Source of the DNA: a virus
Strand: one strand, 5' to 3'
IMG/VR virus record: IMGVR_UViG_3300027811_000003
Coordinates: 32,001 to 96,000 of that record
Length of the DNA: 64,000 nt
Shown: piece by piece, positions 1 to 8,882 of the stretch
Position numbering within the stretch: position 1 is the first letter of the stretch
Layout of the letters: each line of letters begins with the position of its first letter
Translations under genes and position numbers: made by a program
The notes under the pieces: generated by a model
Seen by the model: the letters and a program-made list of their open reading frames with translations, nothing else
The model's database searches: none
What the model was told of the DNA's origin: nothing

Positions 1-48
1 CCCTCATGTATAACTAGCAAAGACAAATAGCTCGAGGTTCGTAACTTG

Positions 49-300
49 TTAGTTGACTGAAAGCGAGTCTGCCGTCCACTTTTCCCAGTTCTCGTCCAAA
101 TCGTGAATCGACACTGTGCCAACTTGATCCCGACGCTGAATCAGCGTCCTGGGATCAACGCCAACGAGAACTCCCTTCACAAGTTCACCGTGAGTTTCCC
201 ACACCTGAAAATACGAGCCGCTCATGCCGGGATCTTTCGGAATGTAAACGTCCTGCTGACTTGGCACGTACTTCACTTCACGATATCGCACGTTGGTCAT
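49..300 (-). CDS. hypothetical protein
   Basis: 83-aa ORF, ATGA overlap with upstream ORF, in the all-minus gene array. Confidence 0.6.
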   Translation of the reverse strand: MTNVRYREVKYVPSQQDVYIPKDPGMSGSYFQVWETHGELVKGVLVGVDPRTLIQRRDQVGTVSIHDLDENWEKWTADSLSVN

Positions 301-494
301 CCTTTCACTACTACATCTTCTTTGAGCTTCAAATTCTTCAACACGTTGTACACTTTTTCAGCAGCGCTGTTCATCCTCTTCATGTTGCCATCTGAAAAAT
401 TACGTCCCAAGTCTGTCGACGCGCTTATGAGATCTTCGATCATCTCGAACAAGAATTCTTCAATCTCAGAACCGTCGCTCAACGTTATCTTCAT
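297..494 (-). CDS. hypothetical protein
   Basis: 65-aa ORF immediately downstream of a sigma70-like promoter. Confidence 0.6.
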   Translation of the reverse strand: MKITLSDGSEIEEFLFEMIEDLISASTDLGRNFSDGNMKRMNSAAEKVYNVLKNLKLKEDVVVKG

Positions 495-501
495 TATGGA
501 G

Positions 502-531
502 ATTGTATTACGAAATTGCTGAACATGTCAA
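502..531 (-). promoter_or_regulatory. sigma70-like promoter
   Basis: TTGACA (531-526), 18-nt spacer, TACAAT (507-502) on minus strand. Confidence 0.55.
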
Positions 532-698
532 AAACAATCAAACATGAACATGACGACAACCAAGCAACACACCGACGCAAGCAACGCCAATATAGCAGCC
601 ATCGCGTTTGTCATCAACGCAAGCACGAAGTGGATGAAAAAGAATGTCACGACTATCTTTAACAAGAAGTCTGTGACTGCGCTGAACTGCTCGTTCAT
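528..698 (-). CDS. small membrane protein (two hydrophobic segments)
   Basis: MNEQFSAVTDFLLKIVVTFFFIHFVLAL...; start re-assigned to ATG 698. Confidence 0.55.
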   Translation of the reverse strand: MNEQFSAVTDFLLKIVVTFFFIHFVLALMTNAMAAILALLASVCCLVVVMFMFDCF

Positions 699-829
699 GG
701 TTCGTCTACTTCCTCCATGGACTTCTTGAATTCTTCTACGACGTAAAAGACGAATGCCGCTGGAATCAGAACGATGAGCGGCACGAAGAGTATGACGAGC
801 CACCTGTACTTGCGAAGTTTGTTCATCAT
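695..829 (-). CDS. small single-TM protein (not in ORF track)
   Basis: Read manually: MMNKLRKYRWLVILFVPLIVLIPAAFVFYVVEEFKKSMEEVDEP, ATGA overlap with next gene. Confidence 0.55.
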   Translation of the reverse strand: MMNKLRKYRWLVILFVPLIVLIPAAFVFYVVEEFKKSMEEVDEP

Positions 830-831
830 CG

Positions 832-1155
832 TTAAGATCCGTTCGTCAGCTTGAAAAGAAAATCGTGCCTCGGTATAGAACTAACTGAAGCGAGGTAAGT
901 GAAGTTGTACAACCCAGCGTGCACTTTCTCGATCATACCGATCTTGACAAGCTTCTTAATGAATGCGTCTGTCTTCTGAAGAAAAAACAGTTTCTTGTAT
1001 ACCGGCGTGTTCCAACTGAACGTAGAGACGCAGTCGATGGCGTTTCTAAGCTGATACCACCTGAACAAGTTTCCACGAGATTTCGACAACTCTCTCGTGA
1101 TCAAAAACGCTTCTTCTAACTCATTCATCGCTTCACCCGTTGTTTCGAACTGCAT
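832..1155 (-). CDS. hypothetical protein, possible winged-helix
   Basis: IKKLVKIGMIEKVHAGLY resembles a wHTH recognition helix/wing. Confidence 0.45.
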   Translation of the reverse strand: MQFETTGEAMNELEEAFLITRELSKSRGNLFRWYQLRNAIDCVSTFSWNTPVYKKLFFLQKTDAFIKKLVKIGMIEKVHAGLYNFTYLASVSSIPRHDFLFKLTNGS

Positions 1156-1294
1156 ACAGCAACGCAGTAAACGCGCAAATGCAGGCGCTAAACACCTGGA
1201 AGCCTATGCTTTTTCCGGCGTTGTTGTTCAGAATCGCTATGACTGCGTTTACGAAAATGCAGAAGATCATCACCCAAAACATTACGCTATTCAT
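1133..1294 (-). CDS. small two-TM protein (not in ORF track)
   Basis: Read manually: MNSVMFWVMIFCIFVNAVIAILNNNAGKSIGFQVFSACICAFTALLYAVRNNG. Confidence 0.5.
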   Translation of the reverse strand: MNSVMFWVMIFCIFVNAVIAILNNNAGKSIGFQVFSACICAFTALLYAVRNNG

Positions 1295-1472
1295 TTTTCC
1301 CTCGCTTCGTTGAGATTTTGATGTTACGAACGTAAAACATGCAATCGGTTATCATCGCTACGAACCTGTCGTTCAACACTCCGTCTGTCTTGTCAAGCAT
1401 TTCTTTCAACGTGTCTTCAAGTCTAACTACGTTCTGGTTTGTGTCAGTCGAATCGAACACGCCGATCCTCAT
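1287..1472 (-). CDS. hypothetical protein
   Basis: 61-aa ORF tightly packed with neighbours. Confidence 0.5.
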   Translation of the reverse strand: MRIGVFDSTDTNQNVVRLEDTLKEMLDKTDGVLNDRFVAMITDCMFYVRNIKISTKRGKNE

Positions 1473-1768
1473 AGCGAAACCGACGCTTCAGTGAACAAGT
1501 CAGAAAGTTCAAGAGGAATCTCGAACGAAGGAACTCTGACAATGGTAGGATTATAAAGAGTGATTGGCTTGCCGCACTTGAGCAAGCGCCACTTGTTGTA
1601 TTCTTTCTCAGCGCAGATAGCTTGCAGCTTGTAGACAGCTTTTCCGTACACGTCGCAAAGCTTGTAGCCAACGACCTCGCCTACGTGAAGATAGACGGAG
1701 CTTCCGTGTCGAACGACATACGACACGTAGTCTCCCTCAACCAACTCGTTGCCCAAAAAGTCTTTCAT
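1469..1768 (-). CDS. hypothetical protein (SH3/KOW-like start)
   Basis: MKDFLGNELVEGDYV is a typical phage small beta-barrel N-terminus; ATGA overlaps. Confidence 0.6.
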   Translation of the reverse strand: MKDFLGNELVEGDYVSYVVRHGSSVYLHVGEVVGYKLCDVYGKAVYKLQAICAEKEYNKWRLLKCGKPITLYNPTIVRVPSFEIPLELSDLFTEASVSL

Positions 1769-2052
1769 CGTCTGTTCCTTTCCTTGACTAATCCTTGATT
1801 CGCTTTTCTCAGCTCTTCTTTTCGTTCTATGAAGTCGAGCGCGACGTTCAACGTGCCCAACGTTTGCTTTTGACTTTCCCAGATCGTTATTTGTGTCTTA
1901 GACAGCTTCACCACCTCGGCACGCAAATTGTCCACGTGACCCAGAGCCTCGTCTATCACTACTTTGTTTTTGTTGTGAGCCACTACCATACCACACAAAA
2001 ACGTTACACAGAGTGTGAGCAGAGACACCACGACCCATCCCAACCACCACAT
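1765..2052 (-). CDS. membrane-anchored coiled-coil protein
   Basis: N-terminal TM MWWLGWVVVSLLTLCVTFLCG, then heptad-like helix; start re-assigned. Confidence 0.55.
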   Translation of the reverse strand: MWWLGWVVVSLLTLCVTFLCGMVVAHNKNKVVIDEALGHVDNLRAEVVKLSKTQITIWESQKQTLGTLNVALDFIERKEELRKANQGLVKERNRR

Positions 2053-2256
2053 CTTAGTGTACCTGGCGCCTTTGGCTAGCGTCGACACTGGCACTATCAC
2101 GTGTTCCTCAAGCTTCACCGTGTCATACCGTAGACGTTCGCGATGATCAACGGACCGAGCAAAGCCGCGAGAGGCGCAGTCACGACTGCCCAGATGCAAA
2201 CGAGTTCGACTAGCTCTGACAGAAAATCAAATTTGTTGTTCACGTGCGCTCCTCAG

Positions 2257-2490
2257 TTAAAGCACAGAAGCCGGACTATTCAAATAATATCCAAACCCAC
2301 CGCGTGGACCTATTCCTGGAATTCTATTCAGAAGTCGAGCATCGCACATCTTCTTGAGAAGCGACGACAATGAGTCAAGTCTAATTCCAGTTCTTTTCGA
2401 AATGAAAGTCGAAGTGCAGGTCAAGTTTTTAGCATGCACGTCGTATGCAAACATTCGCAGCACTTTGACGGTATTGTTGTTTGGTTTCAT
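2257..2490 (-). CDS. small winged-helix DNA-binding protein
   Basis: ISKRTGIRLDSLSSLLKKMCDARLL...GPRGGFGY HTH plus wing pattern. Confidence 0.55.
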   Translation of the reverse strand: MKPNNNTVKVLRMFAYDVHAKNLTCTSTFISKRTGIRLDSLSSLLKKMCDARLLNRIPGIGPRGGFGYYLNSPASVL

Positions 2491-2491
2491 A

Positions 2492-2881
2492 TCACTTCCT
2501 GTTCAGCTCGTTGCAGAGGTCGTCCAAGCTAGAGAACGAAATTACAGCAAACGATTCTTCAACGACTTGATTGCTTGCGTAGTTGTACAGCTCGATGCGG
2601 ACGTCAAGTCGACGAATTCCCTCGAAGTTGTAAACTCTCGAACCCCTTGCTTCGACGAGCTTGATCGTGTCCAATTCGTATTCTTTCACGAAAGCAGAAG
2701 CATCTTGAACTTTTGCTGCGAGAGTAAGTCTGTGTGTAACGTCGTCGTCGTACGTCTTGACAGTACGTGCGTTGATAAACACGATGTCCTTGCAACCGTC
2801 ATCTGGCCAGCGCAGCGCTCCTTCTAAAGTCAATTTCATGAATTTGTCCTCGTGGTCTTTGGAAACTGAATGATTTTGCAC
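2492..2881 (-). CDS. hypothetical protein
   Basis: ORF in packed array; true start may be the internal MKLTLE. Confidence 0.55.
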   Translation of the reverse strand: MQNHSVSKDHEDKFMKLTLEGALRWPDDGCKDIVFINARTVKTYDDDVTHRLTLAAKVQDASAFVKEYELDTIKLVEARGSRVYNFEGIRRLDVRIELYNYASNQVVEESFAVISFSSLDDLCNELNRK

Positions 2882-3171
2882 TCGTTGTCTTCACTCTTCA
2901 ATCTCTTCGCCAATCGTTCTTCGATCAGTATTACGTACGTGTTCTCTGGAACTCCGAGGACTTCGTCGTTTGTCCAGAAGAAAGACCCGTCGCTTGGAGT
3001 CCAGAAGTGGATAAGCGAGTCAAATCTAGAAGCCTCGTTCTCTCCGCACAAGGCGAGCAGCGTAGACAAGAAATTAGAAGTCATGTTGTCCAATTCGCCG
3101 TTTATCTCTTCGTAGATCGATTCACCGTCCTTAGACATCTTGGCGAAATATGATCTTGAGAGTTGAGGCAT
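2836..3171 (-). CDS. hypothetical protein
   Basis: 111-aa ORF with AGGA upstream. Confidence 0.55.
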   Translation of the reverse strand: MPQLSRSYFAKMSKDGESIYEEINGELDNMTSNFLSTLLALCGENEASRFDSLIHFWTPSDGSFFWTNDEVLGVPENTYVILIEERLAKRLKSEDNECKIIQFPKTTRTNS

Positions 3172-3184
3172 ACGAATTGCTTTC

Positions 3185-3259
3185 CTATTGCTTGACGACG
3201 TAGTGAAAGATGGCAGCAGTGAAACAACCGAACCAAAGCCAAGTCAAAAGAAAAAGCAT
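3185..3259 (-). CDS. 24-aa hydrophobic peptide
   Basis: Read manually: MLFLLTWLWFGCFTAAIFHYVVKQ, fills the gap between ORFs. Confidence 0.4.
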   Translation of the reverse strand: MLFLLTWLWFGCFTAAIFHYVVKQ

Positions 3260-3260
3260 T

Positions 3261-3473
3261 TCAGAGTTCCTTAAGCAGCTCAGTCGGGTCTACGTAGTTC
3301 TCGTTTGGCGTCGTGAGACACTCGTCGTAATAAGACCTAGGAGAATTCCCGTCGGAAAAATATCCCCTAGCTTGACGCATCTCGAACTCCTGTATGTCAG
3401 TCAACTCTACTTCAAGTTCCTCGTTCACTATCTTGTTCAGCGCCGTCAGCCACTCCTTGAACGTCAGATTCAT
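3261..3473 (-). CDS. hypothetical acidic protein
   Basis: 70-aa ORF, AAGGA RBS. Confidence 0.6.
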   Translation of the reverse strand: MNLTFKEWLTALNKIVNEELEVELTDIQEFEMRQARGYFSDGNSPRSYYDECLTTPNENYVDPTELLKEL

Positions 3474-3795
3474 TTTCGCTTCCTTTCAGTTTGTTGATTT
3501 CGTTCAACCTGCTCCACCGTCTCGTCTTCAAGATCGACACTTTGTATTCAAGAACTCTCAACGCTGACAACGGCAACCCTTCGAACGTGTCAGCGTCGTC
3601 TAGATTCTTTGCCAACGTTCCAACTCTCAAGCAACGTCTAACGTGAGTCCATTTTCTGAAAAATGTGGCGTCTCTCTCTTCTACCCAAGATAATTTTCTA
3701 TCACCGCACTTCTTCAAGTATTGCCCGTCAGGACTCCTTATCTTGTACATCAATTGACCGTTCTTGATCGTCAAGCTTTGTCGTCCCACGAACAC
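3412..3795 (-). CDS. hypothetical protein
   Basis: Likely start MYKIRSPDGQYLKK, a common phage small-protein N-terminus. Confidence 0.55.
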   Translation of the reverse strand: MFVGRQSLTIKNGQLMYKIRSPDGQYLKKCGDRKLSWVEERDATFFRKWTHVRRCLRVGTLAKNLDDADTFEGLPLSALRVLEYKVSILKTRRWSRLNEINKLKGSENESDVQGVADGAEQDSERGT

Positions 3796-4115
3796 GGAAG
3801 ATTGTCTTCGACTTTGAACATGTAGGCCATCACTGCTTCGCTGTTCAAATTCGTGACGTATTTGATGGCTACTTCGTAATACGTTCCAAAGTCGTGCGAA
3901 TTGCTCTTGACAACGTACGACGACCCGTTCGGAGGTTCACCAAATCGCTTGACGAGCAACGCGATGAACCTTTCGCACTCGGCTCGTGCTCTCAACTCGT
4001 ATCCTTCTTCTCCAACCTGAGCACAAGGTTCGTCGCACGGAGTTGGTCCCAGCTCAAAGTATTCGATCACGCTTGCTCCTTTCGATCGTTTCGATGATCT
4101 CGTATCAAAAATCAT
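3771..4115 (-). CDS. conserved phage hypothetical protein
   Basis: LGPTPCDEPCAQVG...HDFGTYYEVAI pattern. Confidence 0.6.
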   Translation of the reverse strand: MIFDTRSSKRSKGASVIEYFELGPTPCDEPCAQVGEEGYELRARAECERFIALLVKRFGEPPNGSSYVVKSNSHDFGTYYEVAIKYVTNLNSEAVMAYMFKVEDNLPCSWDDKA

Positions 4116-4305
4116 CCCAAATACATGTGATCAAGAAAGAAAAAACCAAAAATATCGCCACACAGAGCACGCCGAAAAGCACAATCCCAGTGACATGCGG
4201 CTGCAACCAAAAGCACAATCCAATCGCAGCAAACGCAAGTACCACGACTACAAACTTCCCTTCAAACGTAAGCTCCATTTTTCTCCTCATTGTCACATTG
4301 TACAA
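4105..4305 (-). CDS. small two-TM protein
   Basis: Two hydrophobic helices; GAGGAG before internal ATG (MELTFE). Confidence 0.55.
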   Translation of the reverse strand: MYNVTMRRKMELTFEGKFVVVVLAFAAIGLCFWLQPHVTGIVLFGVLCVAIFLVFSFLITCIWDDF

Positions 4306-4314
4306 CGTAATTTC

Positions 4315-4551
4315 TTAATGATTTTTTTCGTTTGAACCCGTCAAACGCTCTCGCTCGTATTCTAATTCTATTTCTCGTAACAGCTTTCTGCTTTCGTCTA
4401 TCGACTCGTTCATCGCTTTCTTGGAGTCGTTCATCAAAGCGAAAGGAAAGCATATCGCGAAAAGCAAGGCGAGCAAGACGAGAGTCACGAGCGCTTTGAT
4501 CGCGACCACGAAGCTGACTAAACCGACGATGATCTCGATGAGTTCTATCAT
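4315..4551 (-). CDS. membrane protein
   Basis: Long N-terminal hydrophobic stretch followed by charged helix. Confidence 0.55.
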   Translation of the reverse strand: MIELIEIIVGLVSFVVAIKALVTLVLLALLFAICFPFALMNDSKKAMNESIDESRKLLREIELEYERERLTGSNEKNH

Positions 4552-4967
4552 TCGTTCACGTCAACGACAAGTTCTCTGTTCAAGTACTTTATCGTGTTGC
4601 TCTCGCATTCGACTGAGCAAAACGAATCTCCGTGAAACACGTCGCCGCCGCAGTCAGCACAAACACCGCTTGGAATGATTAATTCGACAGTCGCGTCGTC
4701 TAACTCTTCGTACAAGAGTTTGTGACCTTCATCGAGCATGAACTGGCTCGCAGTCGGATCAACTACGTCTCCGTCTTCAGTCACGCACCACCAATGTTGA
4801 TATCTGCCAGCAGAACAATAAACGAATCCCCTAGCACGTCGAAGTTCTGGGAAGTCGTCTACCATGTCTTCTGTCGCAGAAGAACACGTTCCTTTCACTG
4901 TGTGTCCATGCGTCCAACAGTCATGCTCGTAGCTTTCAATCCACGTAGTGTATTCTTGCTTCATCAA
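4548..4967 (-). CDS. papain/transglutaminase-fold-like protein
   Basis: GTC...HWW...VDPTASQF (Cys-His-Asp order) plus C-terminal CxxC...CxxxC; AGGAGG RBS. Confidence 0.5.
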   Translation of the reverse strand: MMKQEYTTWIESYEHDCWTHGHTVKGTCSSATEDMVDDFPELRRARGFVYCSAGRYQHWWCVTEDGDVVDPTASQFMLDEGHKLLYEELDDATVELIIPSGVCADCGGDVFHGDSFCSVECESNTIKYLNRELVVDVNE

Positions 4968-5000
4968 AAACCTCCTTGAAACATTTTAACACTGATATAC

Positions 5001-5051
5001 AAAATGAAAAAACTCTGGTGGCAAGGACGCCCATTGACCCTTGCCACCAGA
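5001..5051 (-). terminator. intrinsic terminator
   Basis: 12-bp stem CTGGTGGCAAGG/CCTTGCCACCAG (5015-5050) followed by a T-tract on minus; a second 9-bp hairpin at 5056-5084. Confidence 0.7.
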
Positions 5052-5099
5052 TAAAGTCAACGAGCATGCACTCAACTCGTTGACGTTTCCGCTACACTG

Positions 5100-5651
5100 C
5101 TAGACGACAGGCGTCTCGACAGGAGCAGGAATTTCAGCGACAGGCGTCTCAGCGACAGGAGCAGGAGTCTCAGTGACAGGAGCAGGAGTCTCGACGACAG
5201 CCTTCGGTGCGCGTTTCGGCTTCTCGACGACGGGCGTCACGACCGCGAGAACTGCGAGAGCAGCCTTGAACGCGCCTAGAATCTCGTCATCCGACTTGTC
5301 AAAGTCAATCTCGCCTCGCACTCGACCGAGGTGCTTCGCCTTCGCCTGCTCCTCGGAAATCTGCACGACTGCTGGACTGTCAAGCGTGAATCCCGCCAGA
5401 GTGACTCGACCTCCACGTCGAGCAATGCAAAGCTGCTTGTTCTTGATACCATTCGCGGCGTCAGTCGCGTTGCGAACGTGGTGGAAACCAGTCTTGTCCT
5501 CGACGAGGAAATCGCTGTTGGTAGTGACGAGCTCGAGAAGGGTCGGAAGAAGATGACTTCCCTTGACGACACGCTGTCGACGCTCGAGACTCTCCTGCTC
5601 CGCCTTCGCCACAGCCTTCGCGAAAAGTCCATCCAAAGTAGTGTTGCTCAT
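5100..5651 (-). CDS. hypothetical protein with C-terminal ETPAPV repeats
   Basis: 183 aa, GGAG RBS, own promoter and terminator. Confidence 0.75.
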   Translation of the reverse strand: MSNTTLDGLFAKAVAKAEQESLERRQRVVKGSHLLPTLLELVTTNSDFLVEDKTGFHHVRNATDAANGIKNKQLCIARRGGRVTLAGFTLDSPAVVQISEEQAKAKHLGRVRGEIDFDKSDDEILGAFKAALAVLAVVTPVVEKPKRAPKAVVETPAPVTETPAPVAETPVAEIPAPVETPVV

Positions 5652-5728
5652 TTCGTTCTCCGTTTCTTTCGTTTAAGTTTCCGCCATCTTGTTAAGTTTG
5701 ACGGAGGCGGCCGTCATTTTATGAAAAC

Positions 5729-5757
5729 ATTGTACAACGTCAAATAGAGAATGTAAA
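5729..5757 (-). promoter_or_regulatory. sigma70-like promoter
   Basis: TTTACA-17 nt-TACAAT; the 14-mer ACGTTGTACAATGT recurs at 4295-4308. Confidence 0.6.
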
Positions 5758-6075
5758 TCACTGTTGATTTGTCGTTATGCTAGAAGCTGTGCCACGACGA
5801 CAATATCTCTTTTGAGTTACAACTGCACAAAACAACGAGCACAACCTGAAATCAACGTTGCCATTCTCTATTTTCAATAGATATGTTTTCCGGCCGTTCA
5901 TTTCACTTCCGCACGTTGGGCAATGAAACGCCAAATGACTCTTGACAAAACGCTGGCTGTCCTTGACTGCACGTTCCATTTCTTTTTCGTCCTTGTCGTC
6001 TTCTACAAGCACGCCTTCTATGATTTCATCGATGCACTCGTCGTCTGGAATAATGAGCTCGTATTCGCTAGTCAT
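5758..6075 (-). CDS. hypothetical zinc-finger protein
   Basis: CPTCG...CSLFC. Confidence 0.55.
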   Translation of the reverse strand: MTSEYELIIPDDECIDEIIEGVLVEDDKDEKEMERAVKDSQRFVKSHLAFHCPTCGSEMNGRKTYLLKIENGNVDFRLCSLFCAVVTQKRYCRRGTASSITTNQQ

Positions 6076-6371
6076 CTAGTCACCAAGAAAAGCAGCGTGT
6101 TGTTCACTACTGTGGCAAAATACGCAAAAACTGAAATGACCAACACGACATTCACTGTTCTATTGTTTCTCAACGCGAAGTAAACAGCAAGCGCCGTTCC
6201 GATGGAAATCTTGAACAACAAGAACGTCGTGACATCATTCTCGAGCAAATTGTTCATGATTGGATTCAATTCGACGTTCCCAGCGTTTATCGAAAGAACA
6301 GTTGAAATGGCGTCAAAGACGTTCAAGATGAAAAAAGAAACAGCTAAAGCGATTACATGTTTACGAACCAT
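6072..6371 (-). CDS. DUF5658-like membrane protein
   Basis: LNVFDAIST...ELNPIM motif with three TM segments. Confidence 0.6.
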   Translation of the reverse strand: MVRKHVIALAVSFFILNVFDAISTVLSINAGNVELNPIMNNLLENDVTTFLLFKISIGTALAVYFALRNNRTVNVVLVISVFAYFATVVNNTLLFLVTR

Positions 6372-6925
6372 CACTGAGTTTTCGCCAACTTTTCTATCAG
6401 GTTCAGAAACTCGTTCCAGTGCTTGACTCTGTGCGCGCATTTGCAGTTTTTGTTCCACGGCGCGTCAAACACGACTGCAGGTTTTCCAGATTGAGTCCAC
6501 TCTTGAATGTTGTGAGGACCGTCATCCAGCAGGATGTCTCCCTGCAACAGACCCTTTCTGTGTATGGCGACAAAGTTATTGAGGTCAAACCACGGCATGT
6601 TACGTCTAAGCCACTCTAGTTTGCCATTGTACACTACGCCGGCGCAGCGAGGGACAGCTGACGCTATGACGACGTCGTGTCCAGCGTCTATGAGCTTCTT
6701 CATGCCGTATATCGCGCCTTCTACTGGCGCAAGATCCCGCATCAGTTCAGGATATCTCATCATAGATCTGATGAAATCTTCCGATCCCTGTCCCAACGTA
6801 CTTTCCATCCGCCAGTCCTTGATGTCATCTCTCATCACGCTTGTGTGTTTGTCTTCGTTCCAGTATTCGAGCATGCGTTCGACGAACCTGCAAATTACTT
6901 CGTCTTGGTCGACGATTATTCTCAT
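6371..6925 (-). CDS. 5'(3')-deoxyribonucleotidase (HAD/NT5C family)
   Basis: IVDQDEVI (DxD), KLEWL, LLDDGPHN, APWN motifs. Confidence 0.85.
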   Translation of the reverse strand: MRIIVDQDEVICRFVERMLEYWNEDKHTSVMRDDIKDWRMESTLGQGSEDFIRSMMRYPELMRDLAPVEGAIYGMKKLIDAGHDVVIASAVPRCAGVVYNGKLEWLRRNMPWFDLNNFVAIHRKGLLQGDILLDDGPHNIQEWTQSGKPAVVFDAPWNKNCKCAHRVKHWNEFLNLIEKLAKTQ

Positions 6926-7332
6926 CAATACTCCAAATTGAATCCGTGAAGATGACCCCACGGCAGAAACACCGTCGGAAGTTCTTTACAACTTTGTATC
7001 CATTCGATGATAGGAATAATACCACGACTTTTCAAAAAGTCATTGAAGTTTTTCTTATTCGACTTTTTATATTCTTCGAGATTTTTATCGTATTCTTTCC
7101 TCAACCTCTTTAGCTCGCCTATCGTCATGTCGTCTGACGCGAGCGTAGGAATGAAGTATTCTGGCTTGTATTGCGGCTCAAGCGTGTTCTTTCGCTCTTT
7201 CACGTGTGTGATGTACTCTTCTTGAGCAGCTTCGACGATCAGAGACAACTTGTCTTGTAGCATGTCTTCACACCAATAATATTCAAACTTGTCAAATTCG
7301 TTGCAACGATCGTGTTCGATAGCGAATATCAT
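6925..7332 (-). CDS. hypothetical protein
   Basis: 135-aa ORF with overlapping start/stop junctions. Confidence 0.6.
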   Translation of the reverse strand: MIFAIEHDRCNEFDKFEYYWCEDMLQDKLSLIVEAAQEEYITHVKERKNTLEPQYKPEYFIPTLASDDMTIGELKRLRKEYDKNLEEYKKSNKKNFNDFLKSRGIIPIIEWIQSCKELPTVFLPWGHLHGFNLEY

Positions 7333-7532
7333 TCTTTCTCCAAGTTCACGTCTTTCAAGTATTCTGGGAAGGCAGTCATGTCGTCATGACAATAGCTTAC
7401 GCCGATTTTGACGTTAAGAAAATCCAGTATGTCATTTGGACTTATGTTTCCTGCTACTTTGACGAGTTTGCCGTTCGCGTAAAGCGCTTTGCGATCGTAG
7501 TCATCGTTAACGACAACGAATCTGTGCTTCAT
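7329..7532 (-). CDS. hypothetical protein
   Basis: 67-aa ORF, ATGA overlaps. Confidence 0.55.
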   Translation of the reverse strand: MKHRFVVVNDDYDRKALYANGKLVKVAGNISPNDILDFLNVKIGVSYCHDDMTAFPEYLKDVNLEKE

Positions 7533-7993
7533 TTACCGTCCCTCTCGTAGATCAAACCCCTGAGATAGTGAACGAGATCAAGCGCTTCCTGATACGCGTC
7601 TACGAGAAAGTCACGCCCGTTGTTCGGTTGCAGATACGTGCCGTACTTCTTGAGACCAAACTCTGCACGTTCAGAGATGTCAGTTGCAACGAGATCCTTG
7701 ACTGCGGGAAGATCGTTCTTTATCGGAGTTGGCTGAGCAAACGAATCAGTCAACTTGTCGCACTTTTCTTTATACAGGTTGCTGAACTGTCCAGACGGCG
7801 GTGGCGGCCTTTCTGTGAATTGGTAACTATCGTTGACGCCTCCCTTGCAAAGATATCCCTCTCGCAATTCATCGTGAAGTTGTTCGCTAAAACTTTTTTC
7901 ACATAACTTCTTGTCAAGATTCTCCGCGAGCTTTGCTTTTTCGCACATCTTGTCACAACCATGAGGGTCTCCAAAAAGCCAATTCCAATTCAT
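7529..7993 (-). CDS. all-alpha nucleotide pyrophosphohydrolase-like protein
   Basis: C-terminal RAEFGLKKYGTYL...DAYQEALDLVHYL. Confidence 0.5.
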   Translation of the reverse strand: MNWNWLFGDPHGCDKMCEKAKLAENLDKKLCEKSFSEQLHDELREGYLCKGGVNDSYQFTERPPPPSGQFSNLYKEKCDKLTDSFAQPTPIKNDLPAVKDLVATDISERAEFGLKKYGTYLQPNNGRDFLVDAYQEALDLVHYLRGLIYERDGK

Positions 7994-8640
7994 ATTCTTG
8001 CTCCTTGCTCGTTAACTTCGTGGAAATAGACAAAGATCAACGGACACACCTTCATCAGCTCGTCCTCGATCATCGTGGCGATCTCTCTCATCTGCGGATT
8101 AGCTGCCTTTGAAGTTCTCAAGTTGATGAAGTGCACCCACTCTCTGAAGTTTGCCGTCATGACGATCTCTGTCTTGAGACACGTCGGAAGAACTGAGCGA
8201 GCGATCTGCGGAGTCACGCCAGTTAAAAGCAAATTTAAGTACGTTTGTTCTGAAATTTGACACGCTGACCTCCAACAATCAGATTGAGTGAAAGTCAATC
8301 CTGGTGGTTCTACCACAGAAATTTCATTACCGAACTTTTCTTTGTTGTACGCGCAGTATCTCGTGCTCTCTTGACTGTAGCTCGCGATTCGATGTCTGAC
8401 GATCTCGTGCGAAACTCCTCTGTCACACAAGATGTGAAACGTCGCAGACGCGTGTTCGATCACTGACATGTGATTTTTGTTGAGACAACTTTCAACGAGT
8501 CTCTCGGCAGTTCCAGGACCGATCTTGTCTTCACTCTTGTAACAAGTTCTAGCAGCGCGTTCTATCAACTTTAAAGAATCTTGTGTGACAGAAAGCAACT
8601 CTACGCTTTGTTTTACGATCTTCAAGCTTCGTCCTTCCAC
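7990..8640 (-). CDS. thyX: FAD-dependent thymidylate synthase
   Basis: HMSVIEH, RGVSHEIVRHRIASYSQESTRYC (RHRx7S signature), NFREWVHFINLR. Confidence 0.95.
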   Translation of the reverse strand: MEGRSLKIVKQSVELLSVTQDSLKLIERAARTCYKSEDKIGPGTAERLVESCLNKNHMSVIEHASATFHILCDRGVSHEIVRHRIASYSQESTRYCAYNKEKFGNEISVVEPPGLTFTQSDCWRSACQISEQTYLNLLLTGVTPQIARSVLPTCLKTEIVMTANFREWVHFINLRTSKAANPQMREIATMIEDELMKVCPLIFVYFHEVNEQGARI

Positions 8641-8882
8641 TCGAGATCCACGTTCTTATCGGCTTCACGACGAGCCTTCTCTGCTTCGACGATGCTCTTG
8701 ATCTTCTCTGCTCTCTCGTGCATGTCTAGCTTCTTGGAAAACTGGCTGAACGACGGCTTCTTTCCAAGAAGCTTGCCATTCACTAGCTGCCCAGTCCTCT
8801 TCGCCAAGTTCCACTCTTCAGTGAACGTCTCGAAATGCTTTCGACGTTGCTGTCTTCTCATCTTTCTCTCGATCGAACTCAT
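8622..8882 (-). CDS. hypothetical basic protein
   Basis: 86-aa ORF in packed array. Confidence 0.5.
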   Translation of the reverse strand: MSSIERKMRRQQRRKHFETFTEEWNLAKRTGQLVNGKLLGKKPSFSQFSKKLDMHERAEKIKSIVEAEKARREADKNVDLEWKDEA

